The notes below the pieces were generated by a model. The model made no database searches, was not told the DNA's origin, and saw only the letters and a list, made by a program, of their open reading frames with translations. DNA of 64,000 nt, taken from positions 1,152,001 through 1,216,000 of the forward strand of contig CP143273.1 in assembly GCA_051013385.1 (NCBI GenBank), in the 5' to 3' direction. The stretch comes from Phormidium sp. Lineage in GTDB: Bacteria; Cyanobacteriota; Cyanobacteriia; Cyanobacteriales; Aerosakkonemataceae. Positions 50,473 through 62,100 of the stretch are shown piece by piece (position 1 is the first letter of the stretch; every line of letters begins with the position of its first letter). Both the position numbers and the translations under genes were made by a program.

Positions 50473-50949
50473 ATGCAGATTCGCAGGGCGAAACAATCGG
50501 ATATTCCAGCGATTTTGCCGATGGTGGGCAAAATTTGCGCTCTGCATGAAACTTGGGATGCGGCGAAGTACGGGTTTTTACCTAACCCGGCTCAACGTTA
50601 TGATGGGTGGTTGAGTAAACTGGTAAAGAGCGATCGCACAGTCTTTTTAGTAGCAGAAGACGAAACCAAAGCGCTATTAGCCGGATTTTTAGTAGCAACA
50701 ATTGAGCGTGAAATACCCATTTATCGACTCAAAGAATTTGCCTTTATTCATGACCTTTGGGTAGAACCAGAATATCGCCGCACTGGTGTAGCCCGACAAT
50801 TAGTAATGGAAACAATTGAGCAGTTTCAAAAGATGGGAGTAGCACAAATTCGCCTAGATACTGCTGCTAATAATGAAGCTGCGAGAAAGCTATTCTCAGA
50901 ATGTGGTTTTCGTCCTAGTGTTGTGGAAATGTTGATAGAGTTAGAGTGA
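50473..50949 (+). CDS. GNAT-family N-acetyltransferase
   Basis: LWVEPEYRRTGVARQL and NEAARKLF..CGF motifs. Confidence 0.9.
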   Translation: MQIRRAKQSDIPAILPMVGKICALHETWDAAKYGFLPNPAQRYDGWLSKLVKSDRTVFLVAEDETKALLAGFLVATIEREIPIYRLKEFAFIHDLWVEPEYRRTGVARQLVMETIEQFQKMGVAQIRLDTAANNEAARKLFSECGFRPSVVEMLIELE

Positions 50950-51416
50950 AAAAGGCGATCGCCAATTTTAGGTTTATTTTCAGGCTCAATAATATGAAAA
51001 AGAAATTCCTAATTACTAAAACCATTGCCCTTCTTACCTTTTGCCTTTTGCCTTCAACCACAGGATTAGCGGGAACTTGTGCAGGTCGAAGTTGTCCACC
51101 ACCGCCCCTTGGTTTTACACCCGGACGATCGATTAATTTTGAAGTAGTTAATCGCACAGGTGTAATTGTTGAGTTACAAAATGTACCAAGAACTAGCGTT
51201 ATTTTTTTACGTCCGGGAGAACAAGTTAACTTTCCCAGACAAGCAGCAACAGAACCAAATCTTTCTTCATTGTATTGGGATGCTGCACCTTATTTATTAA
51301 GAGCAAGACTTTCTAAACCTAGTGCGAATACGCTACGAGTGGAGATATTACCAGGGGGACTTCCAGGCGATCGCGCCCTCTACATCCGCGATGATGGTCG
51401 AGCGATCGTTTTTTAG
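50946..51416 (+). CDS. Hypothetical exported protein
   Basis: Signal peptide-like N-terminus; similar to the next gene. Confidence 0.65.
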   Translation: MKKAIANFRFIFRLNNMKKKFLITKTIALLTFCLLPSTTGLAGTCAGRSCPPPPLGFTPGRSINFEVVNRTGVIVELQNVPRTSVIFLRPGEQVNFPRQAATEPNLSSLYWDAAPYLLRARLSKPSANTLRVEILPGGLPGDRALYIRDDGRAIVF

Positions 51417-51511
51417 CAAAAGTTTGCATTTGTCCCAGTGATAATGAGATAATGTTGGCGCTTGAAAAATCACCTTTTGCCAAAAACAAAAGCACCTAAG
51501 CAGGTGAAATT

Positions 51512-51940
51512 ATGTATAAGAACTTACTGAGAATCTTAGGGGCAACTTGCTTAATTGTAGCCGGGATTATCATCACCACCGAAACTATAGCAGGGCCAAA
51601 ATTTGTCAAGACTGGGAAAACGCTAAAACAAGATGATTTTATTACCTTACAGGTAAGGAATCAAACTGCAAATCCGATTAGTGTAGAAATCCCATCTTAT
51701 ACTGACCAAATCACTATGAAACCGAAAGAAAGGCGGAAAATCCGCTTCAAACTGCGGAACCAAGATCACGGTCTTTCGGTTTTATATTGGAGTCCCACAG
51801 GAGAGCAAGCATTATTAGGAAAGGTGAATAAACCGAATTCCCAAACAGTGCTTTTAGACTTACAAGCTGGTAGTTTTGCTCAAGAAGACGATCGAGCAAT
51901 TTACGACACAGAAATTCCTGGTCAAGTAATGGTTTTTTAA
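51512..51940 (+). CDS. Hypothetical exported protein (probable paralog of the previous gene)
   Basis: Shared V.N.T, LS.LYW, KP...T, DRA.Y and terminal VF. Confidence 0.65.
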   Translation: MYKNLLRILGATCLIVAGIIITTETIAGPKFVKTGKTLKQDDFITLQVRNQTANPISVEIPSYTDQITMKPKERRKIRFKLRNQDHGLSVLYWSPTGEQALLGKVNKPNSQTVLLDLQAGSFAQEDDRAIYDTEIPGQVMVF

Positions 51941-53947
51941 ATGCAAAACAGGCAATTACCAAACCAAAGGTGGGAAATTTACCCAGAATTTCCAGCAAAG
52001 GCTCAAGAGTTAGCTATTAAAAATAACCTGTCACCATTGTTGACTCAGGTTATCCTAAATCGGGGGATTGAGACAGAGAAACAGGTAAAAGAATTTTTAG
52101 ATCCAGAATCTATGGATTTACCCGATCCCCTGGAGGAATTCTCTCAATTGGGAATCTGTTTGGAATTGTTGGAAAATGCGATCGCTGCAAGAGAAAAAAT
52201 TGCCATTTGCGGCGACTACGATGCAGATGGCATGACTAGTACTGCTCTATTATTACGAGCATTAAAATGGTTAGGAGCCCAAGTAGATTGTGATATTCCC
52301 GATCGTCAGAAAGACGGATACGGAATTAATCAGCGCCTTGTGGAAAAATTTCACAGAGAAGGCGTTAGGCTAATTTTAACAGTAGATAATGGTATTGCAG
52401 CTTATGACCCAATTAAAAAAGCGCAAGAATTAGGTTTAAAAGTTATTGTTACCGATCACCACGAGATCCCAGAAAATTTACCACCAGCAAACGCCATTCT
52501 TAACCCCAAACAGTTGCCAGAATCCTCACCATATAGCAGTGTTGCTGGTGTAGGTGTTGCATATATTTTGGCAGTATCTTTAGCGAAAAAATTGGGTAAA
52601 TCTCAGGGATTAGTGAAGCAACTGCTGGAACTTTGCACATTAGGAACTATTGCTGATATGGTGCCTCTGAAAGGTGTGAATCGGCGTTGGGTAAAACGTG
52701 GTTTACAGTTTTTACCAAACTCCGATCTCGAAGGGGTAAAAGCTTTAATTGAAGTCACAGGAATTAATCAGGGAAAAGCAACTTTAAAACCGGATGATAT
52801 TGGCTTTAAACTAGGCCCTAGAATTAATGCACTAGGTCGAATAGACGAACCACAAATAGTAATTGATTTGCTAACAACAGATGATATTGAAGTTGGGAAA
52901 ATACAAGGGAAACGATGCGACGAAATTAATAAACGCCGTCAGCAACTTTGTGAGGAAATTCAACAAGAAGCAATAGATTGGTGTGAAAAAAACCAAATAG
53001 ATTTACAGCAAGAGCGTGTTTTAGTAATTGTACAACCAAATTGGCATCATGGAGTAATTGGAATAGTTGCTTCACGCTTAGTGGAACGTTATGGTGTGCC
53101 AGTGTTTATTGGTACTTACGAAGAAGATGGGGAAAATATTAGAGGATCAGCGCGAGGGATACCAGAATTTCATGTGTTTCAAGCTTTGGAGTTCTGCAAA
53201 GATTTATTAGGCAAATTTGGCGGACATAAAGCGGCGGGAGGATTTTCTTTACCAGCTAAGAATTTGCCAGAATTGCGATCGCGCTTACGTGAGTTTGCCC
53301 ACAAATGTCTACAACCAGAACACCTAAAACCGCTACTTAAAATAGATGCTCAAGCTGATTTTCATCAGATAAATCTCGACCTTTATCGTCAGATTGATGT
53401 CTTTCACCCTTGCGACAAAATCGAAAATCCGCTTCCGGTGTTTTGGACACCTAATGTGCAAGTTATTGACCAAAGAATTGTTAAGAATGAACATCTCAAG
53501 CTGACACTAGCACAGAATATTGGTAGCCAACGAACTACAATTAAAGCGATCGCATGGCGTTGGAGTCAATACTATCCCCTACCAGGAAAAATCGATATTG
53601 CCTACAGACTGCAAGAGAATATTTGGAATGGCAATACAACGATTGAAATAGAATTATTAGGTGTACGAAATTCAACAGAATCGCCTAGCCAATCACCTAT
53701 TGCTTTAGTTAAAGCAGAGTTTTATCACAATCAAAAGCGTTACACTTGCGGGTTATATCCAAATGATTCCTTAACCGAATTAAGAATTAGAAATGCTGAA
53801 GGCAAAGTTTTAGCAATTCCTTTAGGAAAAACCACAGGTTTATTAGGTAAAACTCGCGAAGACGCTAGGGAAATCAATATTTTACAACCACCTTTCTCTA
53901 CTTTAGTAGAAGCTGCACAAATAGCATTAGAAAAAGCCAAATGGTAA
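51941..53947 (+). CDS. recJ: ssDNA exonuclease RecJ
   Basis: GDYDADG, TVDNG, TDHH, RGSARG and GGHKAAGG. Confidence 0.96.
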   Translation: MQNRQLPNQRWEIYPEFPAKAQELAIKNNLSPLLTQVILNRGIETEKQVKEFLDPESMDLPDPLEEFSQLGICLELLENAIAAREKIAICGDYDADGMTSTALLLRALKWLGAQVDCDIPDRQKDGYGINQRLVEKFHREGVRLILTVDNGIAAYDPIKKAQELGLKVIVTDHHEIPENLPPANAILNPKQLPESSPYSSVAGVGVAYILAVSLAKKLGKSQGLVKQLLELCTLGTIADMVPLKGVNRRWVKRGLQFLPNSDLEGVKALIEVTGINQGKATLKPDDIGFKLGPRINALGRIDEPQIVIDLLTTDDIEVGKIQGKRCDEINKRRQQLCEEIQQEAIDWCEKNQIDLQQERVLVIVQPNWHHGVIGIVASRLVERYGVPVFIGTYEEDGENIRGSARGIPEFHVFQALEFCKDLLGKFGGHKAAGGFSLPAKNLPELRSRLREFAHKCLQPEHLKPLLKIDAQADFHQINLDLYRQIDVFHPCDKIENPLPVFWTPNVQVIDQRIVKNEHLKLTLAQNIGSQRTTIKAIAWRWSQYYPLPGKIDIAYRLQENIWNGNTTIEIELLGVRNSTESPSQSPIALVKAEFYHNQKRYTCGLYPNDSLTELRIRNAEGKVLAIPLGKTTGLLGKTREDAREINILQPPFSTLVEAAQIALEKAKW

Positions 53948-53990
53948 ATTATATCAACTTTAGTTAATCATTTATCATAAAAATCTCTTC

Positions 53991-54075
53991 TTGTCCCCTT
54001 GTCCCCCTGTGCCCTTGTCCCCCTGTGCCCTTGTCCCCTTGTCCCCTTGTCCCCTTGTCCCCCTGTCCCCCTGTC
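53991..54075. repeat. STRR tandem repeats (TGTCCCC-type)
   Basis: About 10 tandem copies. Confidence 0.85.
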
Positions 54076-54164
54076 AGCCATCTGTAACAGACTGAAAAAA
54101 AACCAAATTAAAGGGGGATCAACTCCCCCTTGTTAATTGTTAAGGACTGAACTCGCAGAAGCTT

Positions 54165-54308
54165 TTACAAATTGCCGTTGCGAGAAGCTAGTACTACAAT
54201 CACGGCTGGTCCAGCAAGCATAATTAAAGCTACCAGAGTCAGCTGGGCAATCACTTCCCAGTTAATGCTGGTAACAACACTGGTAACAGAATTAATAACC
54301 GATCCCAT
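54165..54308 (-). CDS. psb30: Photosystem II protein Psb30 (Ycf12), 47 aa
   Basis: Manual translation ...[43 protein letters not shown]; below the ORF-track length cutoff. Confidence 0.92.
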   Translation of the reverse strand: MGSVINSVTSVVTSINWEVIAQLTLVALIMLAGPAVIVVLASRNGNL

Positions 54309-54443
54309 TTCTCCTCCCGAACTAACCCAGATAGGCTTGAATCGCTACATTAAAATCCGTCTCTTATATTACCTGCCTACAGTCCACTTCTTTTAAGCAA
54401 CTTAACAAAACTATAAAAAAGTATAAACAAACATGAAGCGCTC

Positions 54444-54496
54444 AGATCCCCCTAGATCCCCGACTTCTTCAAGAAGTCGGGGATCTAGGGGGATCT
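54444..54496. repeat. Long palindrome
   Basis: AGATCCCCCTAGATCCCCGACTTCTT-C-AAGAAGTCGGGGATCTAGGGGGATCT. Confidence 0.8.
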
Positions 54497-54551
54497 AGAT
54501 TCAATAGTTGCTAGACTCTAAAAGCATTGACACAAAGGAATTGGGAAAATC

Positions 54552-54902
54552 ATGGCGACTTGGTGTTGCGTCAAAGGATGTGGTGCTTGCTGTTATCTAG
54601 AACCATCTGAGCGTCCCGACTTAGAAGAATATCTTACCCCAGCGGAGTTAGAGCAGTATCTTAGCATGGTGGGGGAAGAGGGATGGTGTATAAATTTCGA
54701 TCGCACTACCCGCAAATGTCGCATCTACTCAAATCGTCCGCGATTTTGTCGCGTCGAGCCAGAAACATTTCAGGATATGTACGGCATAGCAGCAGAAGAA
54801 CTCAACGACTTTGCCATTGAATGTTGTCAAGAGCATATATCCGACATTTACGGCACTGATAGCCCGGAAATGCAACAGTTTAATCAAAAAATTGAATTTT
54901 AG
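54552..54902 (+). CDS. YkgJ-family cysteine-cluster protein
   Basis: C..GCGACC, WC..FD and CRIY..RPRFCR. Confidence 0.88.
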   Translation: MATWCCVKGCGACCYLEPSERPDLEEYLTPAELEQYLSMVGEEGWCINFDRTTRKCRIYSNRPRFCRVEPETFQDMYGIAAEELNDFAIECCQEHISDIYGTDSPEMQQFNQKIEF

Positions 54903-55026
54903 CTTATTATTTTATCTAAATGAATGTCGCAATTCATCTCCCGTCAAAACCAAGGAGAGACGGTGAGAGTGTCAATTGATGTATTCTTTCGATGAGGTAA
55001 ACTTAGGTGTTTTATAGGAGTGGCTC

Positions 55027-56568
55027 GTGCAAGAAAGATCGCAAAGCCCTTATCAACAGCTAGCAGATCTGGAAGATAAACTCAGGCGGGCGAATGAACA
55101 CATTCAACGGCTCAAACAGGAGAACGGCAAACTCCAACAAAATGTCGTTTCATTTAGCCCAAAACCTGCGATTACCGGGCTCAAGCCGGAGGAAAGCAAA
55201 CCTCAACGACAAGTTGGCAGGTTTGAGCCAGGAAATAAAACACAGTCTGGCATCAAAGCTGATGATTTTTCACTTTTGCGTTTAGAAAAAGCCACACCTA
55301 GAAGAAGAAGACGTTCCTCTAGATATCGAGACTTAGATAACACAAGTTATCTGAGAAAGCGGAGAACTCGCAAAGGTTGGAGGAAATCTTATCAGCTACG
55401 AATAGCGGCGCTCTTCTTAGCAGCAGTGACAGTTGTGTGGATTATTATCTGGGCTGTTTCTTCTGTCGTGCAGTTATTTAATCCGAGTACCGCCAGAGTT
55501 ACTCAACAAAATAAAGAACTGTTGAAGCAGCTACCTACTACACCTTTACTGCCACCAGATATTCCTCCGAGAACTAATGCGATCGCACTACCAACCCCAA
55601 TAAATCCTAGTTTACAAGAAACTGAATTAGTTTATAACGTCACTACTCCTCCTGATTTAAAACCAAGTCAACAATTGCAAGGAATTGTTGATGAAATGGT
55701 GCAGTTAATTCAATCCAAAAGATTACCCACACAACCCCTATCTATCACCTTGATTAATGTGAAAACCGGAGAAACAGCTGGATTTCAACAAAACACCCTT
55801 CTGTATCCCGCAAGTGTGGTCAAAATGTTTTGGATGGTCAATGTTTTTGCAGAAATGCGCCAAGGGATTTTGCCCAATGAACCTGTTTATGGTGCCGATT
55901 TGAATCGGATGATTCAACAGTCTTCTAACGATGCTGCTAGTCGCTTAGTTGATGCTGTCACTAGTACTGACTCTGGTTACATTTTGCGGGGCGAAAAGTA
56001 TGATAACTGGGCGAGTAAGCGCCGCCAACTTAGTGAATTTTTCAGCAAAGCTGGATACGAAGGGATTGCCATCCATCAAAAAACCTACCCAATTAATTAT
56101 TTGCGCCATGAAACACCAGAGGGTAGAGATATGCAAATGTGGACCGATCCTAAAGAGTTAAGAAATCAAATTTCCAGCGAACACGCCGCTAGATTAATGT
56201 ATGAAATTGTTACGGGAAAAGCAGTTTCCCCAGAAGCAAGTGCCAAAATGGTGCAGTTCTTGGCGAGAGATTTAAGATTATCAGCTTGGCGGGAAAATAC
56301 CGCCAGATTTGCAGGATTTAACCCAGTTCGGGGCTTTTTGGGGCAAGGATTACCCGCCGAGTTGGATTTTGCTTCTAAAGCAGGTTCGACAGAAACAGGT
56401 CGTCATGAGGTAGCTTTTGTCAGAAGTCGGGAGGAAGATGGCCCAATTTATATTGTGTCGATTTTAGGTGCAGATGAAGGTTATTTTAACGACTGGCAGC
56501 TATTTCCGACGCTATCGCGGCTGGTGTTCGATCGCATGAGTGGAAAAACTCCCGAACAACAGCAGTAA
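55027..56568 (+). CDS. Membrane-anchored serine hydrolase (class A beta-lactamase-like)
   Basis: PASVVK (SxxK), SSN and SKAG motifs; TM helix. Confidence 0.85.
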   Translation: MQERSQSPYQQLADLEDKLRRANEHIQRLKQENGKLQQNVVSFSPKPAITGLKPEESKPQRQVGRFEPGNKTQSGIKADDFSLLRLEKATPRRRRRSSRYRDLDNTSYLRKRRTRKGWRKSYQLRIAALFLAAVTVVWIIIWAVSSVVQLFNPSTARVTQQNKELLKQLPTTPLLPPDIPPRTNAIALPTPINPSLQETELVYNVTTPPDLKPSQQLQGIVDEMVQLIQSKRLPTQPLSITLINVKTGETAGFQQNTLLYPASVVKMFWMVNVFAEMRQGILPNEPVYGADLNRMIQQSSNDAASRLVDAVTSTDSGYILRGEKYDNWASKRRQLSEFFSKAGYEGIAIHQKTYPINYLRHETPEGRDMQMWTDPKELRNQISSEHAARLMYEIVTGKAVSPEASAKMVQFLARDLRLSAWRENTARFAGFNPVRGFLGQGLPAELDFASKAGSTETGRHEVAFVRSREEDGPIYIVSILGADEGYFNDWQLFPTLSRLVFDRMSGKTPEQQQ

Positions 56569-56636
56569 AAATTACATCAAAATGCGCTCTTGGGGATAAA
56601 ATGAAAGAAATATGAAAACCACCTAGTACTTGACAA

Positions 56637-57077
56637 TTGCCTGTGAAACTATCTTCTGCACCGCCAACTTTGTCTGCGCCTGAGTCAGTTAATCAGACTA
56701 GGGATGCACAGTTAACTGTGATGGAGTCAACGCTCTTAACCACTGATTCCGTGAAACTGGCGAAACCAACACAACAGCCAAGCCAGAATGTCAGCAAAGG
56801 AGCATTAGCAGTTTTTGCTTCTACTTTTGTGACTATCTTCTTGTCAGAAATGGGAGATAAAACTCAAGTAGCTACTTTGCTGATGAGTGCAGAATCTCAG
56901 TCTCCTTGGTTAGTTTTTGCTGGCGCATCTTCAGCGCTAATAGCAACAAGTTTGTTGGGAGTTTTACTCGGTAGGTGGTTAGCAACTAAGGTATCTCCGC
57001 AAATTTTAAATAAAGCCGCTGGCATCAGTATGCTAGTAATTACCATGCAGTTAGTTTGGGAAATTTTCCATTCTTAA
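56637..57077 (+). CDS. TMEM165/GDT1-family half transporter
   Basis: EMGDKTQ motif. Confidence 0.9.
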   Translation: MPVKLSSAPPTLSAPESVNQTRDAQLTVMESTLLTTDSVKLAKPTQQPSQNVSKGALAVFASTFVTIFLSEMGDKTQVATLLMSAESQSPWLVFAGASSALIATSLLGVLLGRWLATKVSPQILNKAAGISMLVITMQLVWEIFHS

Positions 57078-57193
57078 TCTAGGGACTGGGAATGACAGGC
57101 AAGATGCCTGTCCTACAGGACTGGGGATTGCTGAGAATTCCCAAATCCCAAATAAAAAAATCCAAAATCCAAAATCTAAAATCTAAAATCGCT

Positions 57194-57490
57194 ATGATTG
57201 ACTGGCATCTTTTAGGACTAAGTTTTATTACTGTGTTTTTGTCAGAATTAGGAGACAAAAGCCAACTCGCTGCGATCGCTCTGAGTGGAAGTACAAAATT
57301 TCCCCGTGCAGTGTTTTTAGGTACAGCTGGCGCGTTACTACTCACCAGTTTTTTAGGCGTAATTGCTGGCGAAGGTGCAGCACAATTGTTACCTGTACAT
57401 TGGGTAAAAGCGATCGCTGCGATCGGTTTTGCAATTATGGCTGTCCGCCTACTTTTCTCAAGTACTGCTTTACCCGAAGAATCAGAATAA
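57194..57490 (+). CDS. TMEM165/GDT1-family half transporter
   Basis: ELGDKSQ motif; upstream ORF extension is REP/STRR sequence. Confidence 0.9.
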   Translation: MIDWHLLGLSFITVFLSELGDKSQLAAIALSGSTKFPRAVFLGTAGALLLTSFLGVIAGEGAAQLLPVHWVKAIAAIGFAIMAVRLLFSSTALPEESE

Positions 57491-57562
57491 ACTATACCTT
57501 AAACACCAGAAACCCGGTTTCTTCAAGAAACCGGGTTTCTCTGTACCTAAGTTTCTCAACAA

Positions 57563-58060
57563 TTAGTTTTCTCGATAAAAGAAACTCAGAACCGCACCAC
57601 CAGTGATTAACTTAATTACTTCCAAAATCCAGTAAGTGTTATGCAACAAACCCATACTAGCAGGGACAGAAGTAACTGGATCGAGAACCTCTATATTTAA
57701 CCCCAAAGCACTCATGTTTGGTGTCAATACATAAGTGAAAATCAGAGCAATAGTTAGAAGTATCATTGCTAAACCTATTGCATTGCGGCTCTGACTCACT
57801 AAAGTATTTTGCGTGCGTTTGACAACTAACACACCCGTCAATACTAAAGCGGCACACAACAATTCAATGCGGTTAAAAATCCAGAAAATTAGATAACCTG
57901 CTGTGGCAAAACCACTTAGCGACATCATTCCCGAAGCATACAAACCAGGCATAATTACCAAGTCCAAAACCAGGCTAGTACTGAGCCAAAAGGTCAAGGT
58001 AAAAATAACTACAGTTTGCCATCCTGGTCGCTTTAACTGAAGACTAGAGATTGAAGACAT
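57563..58060 (-). CDS. Four-TM membrane protein (DUF4149-like)
   Basis: Hydrophobic helices; FNRIELLCA and LH..YWILE. Confidence 0.7.
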   Translation of the reverse strand: MSSISSLQLKRPGWQTVVIFTLTFWLSTSLVLDLVIMPGLYASGMMSLSGFATAGYLIFWIFNRIELLCAALVLTGVLVVKRTQNTLVSQSRNAIGLAMILLTIALIFTYVLTPNMSALGLNIEVLDPVTSVPASMGLLHNTYWILEVIKLITGGAVLSFFYREN

Positions 58061-58231
58061 ATAATTCCACCTGCTTTTGCATTACTTTCAGTTTAGCTAA
58101 TTTTTCTTGTTAAAAATATGAAATATCTTTGCGGTTTGTTGCAGTTTTTGTGATTAAAATTAGTTAATAATGGCAGAAGATTTTTAAATTACGAGATAGC
58201 AAAACTTCTTTTCAAATCTTAATAAAAACTC

Positions 58232-58789
58232 ATGAATACTTCTCGGATTATCTGGGCCACATTAGCAGCCACAGTAGGTATTTTAGCTGGCTGGCAACAG
58301 GCAGAGGCAGTACAACTGGCAGATGGTACAGTTTACTTTGTGCAGCTTCCCAGTTTATTAGCCGCAACTACCACTTTTAACGATGCTTGTGCATGGTCAG
58401 CAACATATTATTTTACTGTTAACCTGCCGGAAAATGCCGGAGAACCTTTACAACGAGTGGTGATTAACCAACATGAAGGAGTGGAGGACGTAGATTTTCG
58501 CTGGGAAGAAAGTCGTGCTTTTGTAGGAGTTCGGCGTAAAAAAGGGGAAGATTTGCCAATTCAAGAAGTGACAACAGATGAAAAAACTCGTTCTATTGCG
58601 ATCGCTTTTGATCCCCCTATTGCTCCGGGAAAAACTGTAACTATTGCTCTTGAGCCTGTGCGTAATCCTTGTTTCGGAGGAGTTTATTTGTTTGGGGTGA
58701 CGGCTTTTCCTCCGGGAGAAAAAGTACATGGTCAATTTCTCGGTTTTGGACGGTTCCACTTTTATGAGCGCAGAAACTTCTTTTGGTAA
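58232..58789 (+). CDS. DUF2808 domain protein
   Basis: TYYFTV, FDPPIAPG.TVTI.L.PVRNP..GGVYLFGVTAFP. Confidence 0.85.
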   Translation: MNTSRIIWATLAATVGILAGWQQAEAVQLADGTVYFVQLPSLLAATTTFNDACAWSATYYFTVNLPENAGEPLQRVVINQHEGVEDVDFRWEESRAFVGVRRKKGEDLPIQEVTTDEKTRSIAIAFDPPIAPGKTVTIALEPVRNPCFGGVYLFGVTAFPPGEKVHGQFLGFGRFHFYERRNFFW

Positions 58790-59176
58790 TTCAGCTAGTA
58801 AGTATACAGTATTACCCTAGTAAAACGCAGTATAAATATGTGAAACCCGGTTTGGATATCGGGTTTTTAATTTGCATAAGCTGTAATAAAGTATAAATTC
58901 AACAGAAATTTTTAGGCATTTTAAATTTAAAGTAAGCAACTTATAAAGTCGAAATTAATTGTTATAAAAAAGGATTAAAGTTTATCAAAATTAATATATT
59001 TTATTTAATTAATAATAGGGCATCTTTGCAATTCGATTTAAGTATTGTTGCCACTTGACGATCGCTATAAAACCCATGGCAATATTGACAAAGAAAAACA
59101 TGGTTGCTAAACACAAGTATTTTTCAACCTAAAAGTAAAAAGTACAACTTAGAATTCTGTAAGGCATAGAACAATC

Positions 59177-62100
59177 ATGACAACAACTCAACTCAGAAAC
59201 GCTTATATTATTGGACAAGAAAACTTTCAAAGCTGGAGCCAAGGATTCGACCAAAGTAACTATTTACGGGTGTTACCTCACCCCGATCAAAAAGTTGCCT
59301 ACAAAGACCCATTTCGAGATTGGCAATTAGACCGTCCCGGTAATTATATTTCCAGTTGGGGGCCGCAGGAAGAACTAAACGCTACCCTAAGAATGGAAAA
59401 TATTAATCAAGTTCAAATTGATGGGTTTGGTATTCTCAAATCAGGAGATGGAAAAATTCCTTGGCTCCCTAATGCTAACAATCAAGCTAGCAATACTCCC
59501 TACGAACAATTAAGAGGTTATAATGGCACAATACCAGGGCCATTTTTAATTACAGAACCAGGAGACACATTAAATTTATGGTTGGAAAATAACTTAGAGC
59601 AAGTAACCAACCTCCACACTCATGGACTTCATGTAACACCTATGGGGCGCGGAGATAATGTGCTTCATGTAGTAGAATCGGGAGAAAGTTGGAATCAAAT
59701 TATTCCCATTCCTGATAATCATTTTATTGGCCCTGATTGGTATCACCCTCATTTACACGGATTAACAAATGAACAGGTTTCTTCAGGATTAGCAGGTCAA
59801 TTATTACTAACGGCTCCCTATAATTTGCCGGATTTAGACAAATTCAATCCCAAAGAAAGGCCATTTCATTTTATGGCACTTAATACTTTTGGAGTGCAAC
59901 AGGTAAACAGGCAAGGAAGCCTAACCGATCCGTTAAATCAAAACCCAACAATAGCCCTTCCTGCTGGGACACCATTGCAAGTTTTGGGAACAGAAAATGG
60001 GCAACCAGTTTATGAATTGTCCGATGCAGTTTTCATGGGTTACAATGCCAAACCCATACCTTACGATCCGACAAGACCTACAGGTGGTGCGCCGGGAATT
60101 TTCTCATACGGCGGTGGGCCATTAGCTGAAGCTGTAGAAAATGCAATTCACACAGTTAATGGTCAGTATAATCCGACGATTGAAGTGAAAACTGGTGAAT
60201 GGAATTTGTTCGCATTCACTAATATGAACAGTAATGCTTTTCACATTATTCAACTGTTCAAAGAAGAAGGGGACAATTTAATTCCTCAAGAAGTAACATT
60301 GGTGGCTATTGATGGAGATGCTGCGGGAGCAGTAGCTTCTAATAGTAGAAAGATTAGCGAACTGCCTGTTCTTTCTCCCGGACAAAGATTAAGTGTTCAA
60401 GAATGGTTTGAAAAACCAGGGAAATATTATTTCCTATCTAATGGAACTGAAGAAATTATCGGCAATAATACTTCGACTTTAATTAAAGGAAAAGATGGAT
60501 TTGCTGATGGTCACTTGATTTGGGGCCCGCAAGTATTAGCAACTGTGGAAGTGACGGGAAATGAAGTACCAGAAGGTGCGCCTCCAGAAGCTTATGATAC
60601 TTTAATTGAACAAGCCCAAGAAATTGATGAAAAAGTTGCAGCTGCAAAAAGCGGAGATTTCGATCGCCAACGAGCATTTACTTGGTCAGCCAACTTGGGG
60701 AATGCGCTGGCAATAGGTAACATCCCCGACGATTTGGAAGTTCCTACTTTCGAGGGAACATATCGAATTAACGGAGAATATTTTGCTACCGAATTTGGGA
60801 AGAGTCAAGTTCCTTTGGCAATGCCAATGTTAGGCACAACCGAAGTTTGGAGTATGAAGAATATCTCTGGTAAAAGCGATCCCAACCTTCCTCCTGAAAT
60901 AGATATTCCTTTGCTGGAATGGCATCCTTTCCACATTCACCAAAATGATTTTACAGTTCTAGAAATTAACGGGATTCCTGTTAGTCAACTGAAAAGTGCT
61001 TATCTAGATGGTGTGTTGAGCGATACGATCGGTCTACCACCAACTTACGACCCCAGCCAACCACCGAACGCAGAGAATCCTTACGGCATACCTATGGTAA
61101 ATGGGGAAACTTCCGAAGTGAAAGTGGTGATGGAATTTGAAGATTTTCCCGGTAGTTATGTGAATCACTGCCACATTTTGTTCCACGAAGATGCCGGAAT
61201 GATGGCACCTGTGCGCGTGGTTTTGAATACGGACAGTACTTGGTTAGGTTTAGCTGGTGAACAAAGTAATGGAAAATTGGATTTATATCGGGCGAGTAAT
61301 TTAAACCAAAAGATTAGTTTATCGCCCTTTGGTGCAGCATTTACAGGTGCGATCGGTCTAGCAATTGGTGATGTTAATTACAAACAAAAAGACAATCGGA
61401 ATAAAAATGTTACCGATAACGTCACCGATATTATTACTATTCAATCTAATTTGAGTAGTACAGAAACTAGATTCACTATCAAAGTATTTGATGGTCAGAC
61501 ATTGATCGAAGGGCAAGCACAAGGCGTTACCCAATTTGACGGACTGAACCAAGAATTAGTACTAACTCAATTCTCTCCCTTCGCCAACCAAACATTTACG
61601 CCTAATGCCAAAGCATCAGTAGCAGCAGGAGATATTAACGGCGATGGTTTTTCTGACATCATCGTTGGTGTAGGTGGAGTTGCCAATTCTTCAATTGAAA
61701 TTTATAGCGGTTTGGACGATCGCTTAATCGCCAGAATTAATCCATTCCATCATGAAACCGGATTCACAGGCACAATTAACTTAGCTTCTGGTGATATTGA
61801 CGGAGACAACTTTGATGATGTTATTGTTTCCCAAGGTTCTGGAGGACGAGGATTAGTAGAAGTTTACAGTGGACGTTCCATTGAAACAAAAGGCAGTTTG
61901 AATGGTAAAGATACAGCACATGACACTGAATTATTAACCCAAACTTTCCAACCTTATGGTGAATTCAATGGCGAAATTAAAGTAACTTCTGGTTATGTTT
62001 TACAAAGACCAGATGTTCCCAATGGACAAGCCATTCAAAGTTACCACGCCAACCTCACTACAATGGCGGTTGGTAACGTACCTCAAGGTCAAGAAGCAGT

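Noticed and set aside
54172..54396. 74-aa plus-strand ORF
   Set aside because: Antisense shadow of psb30
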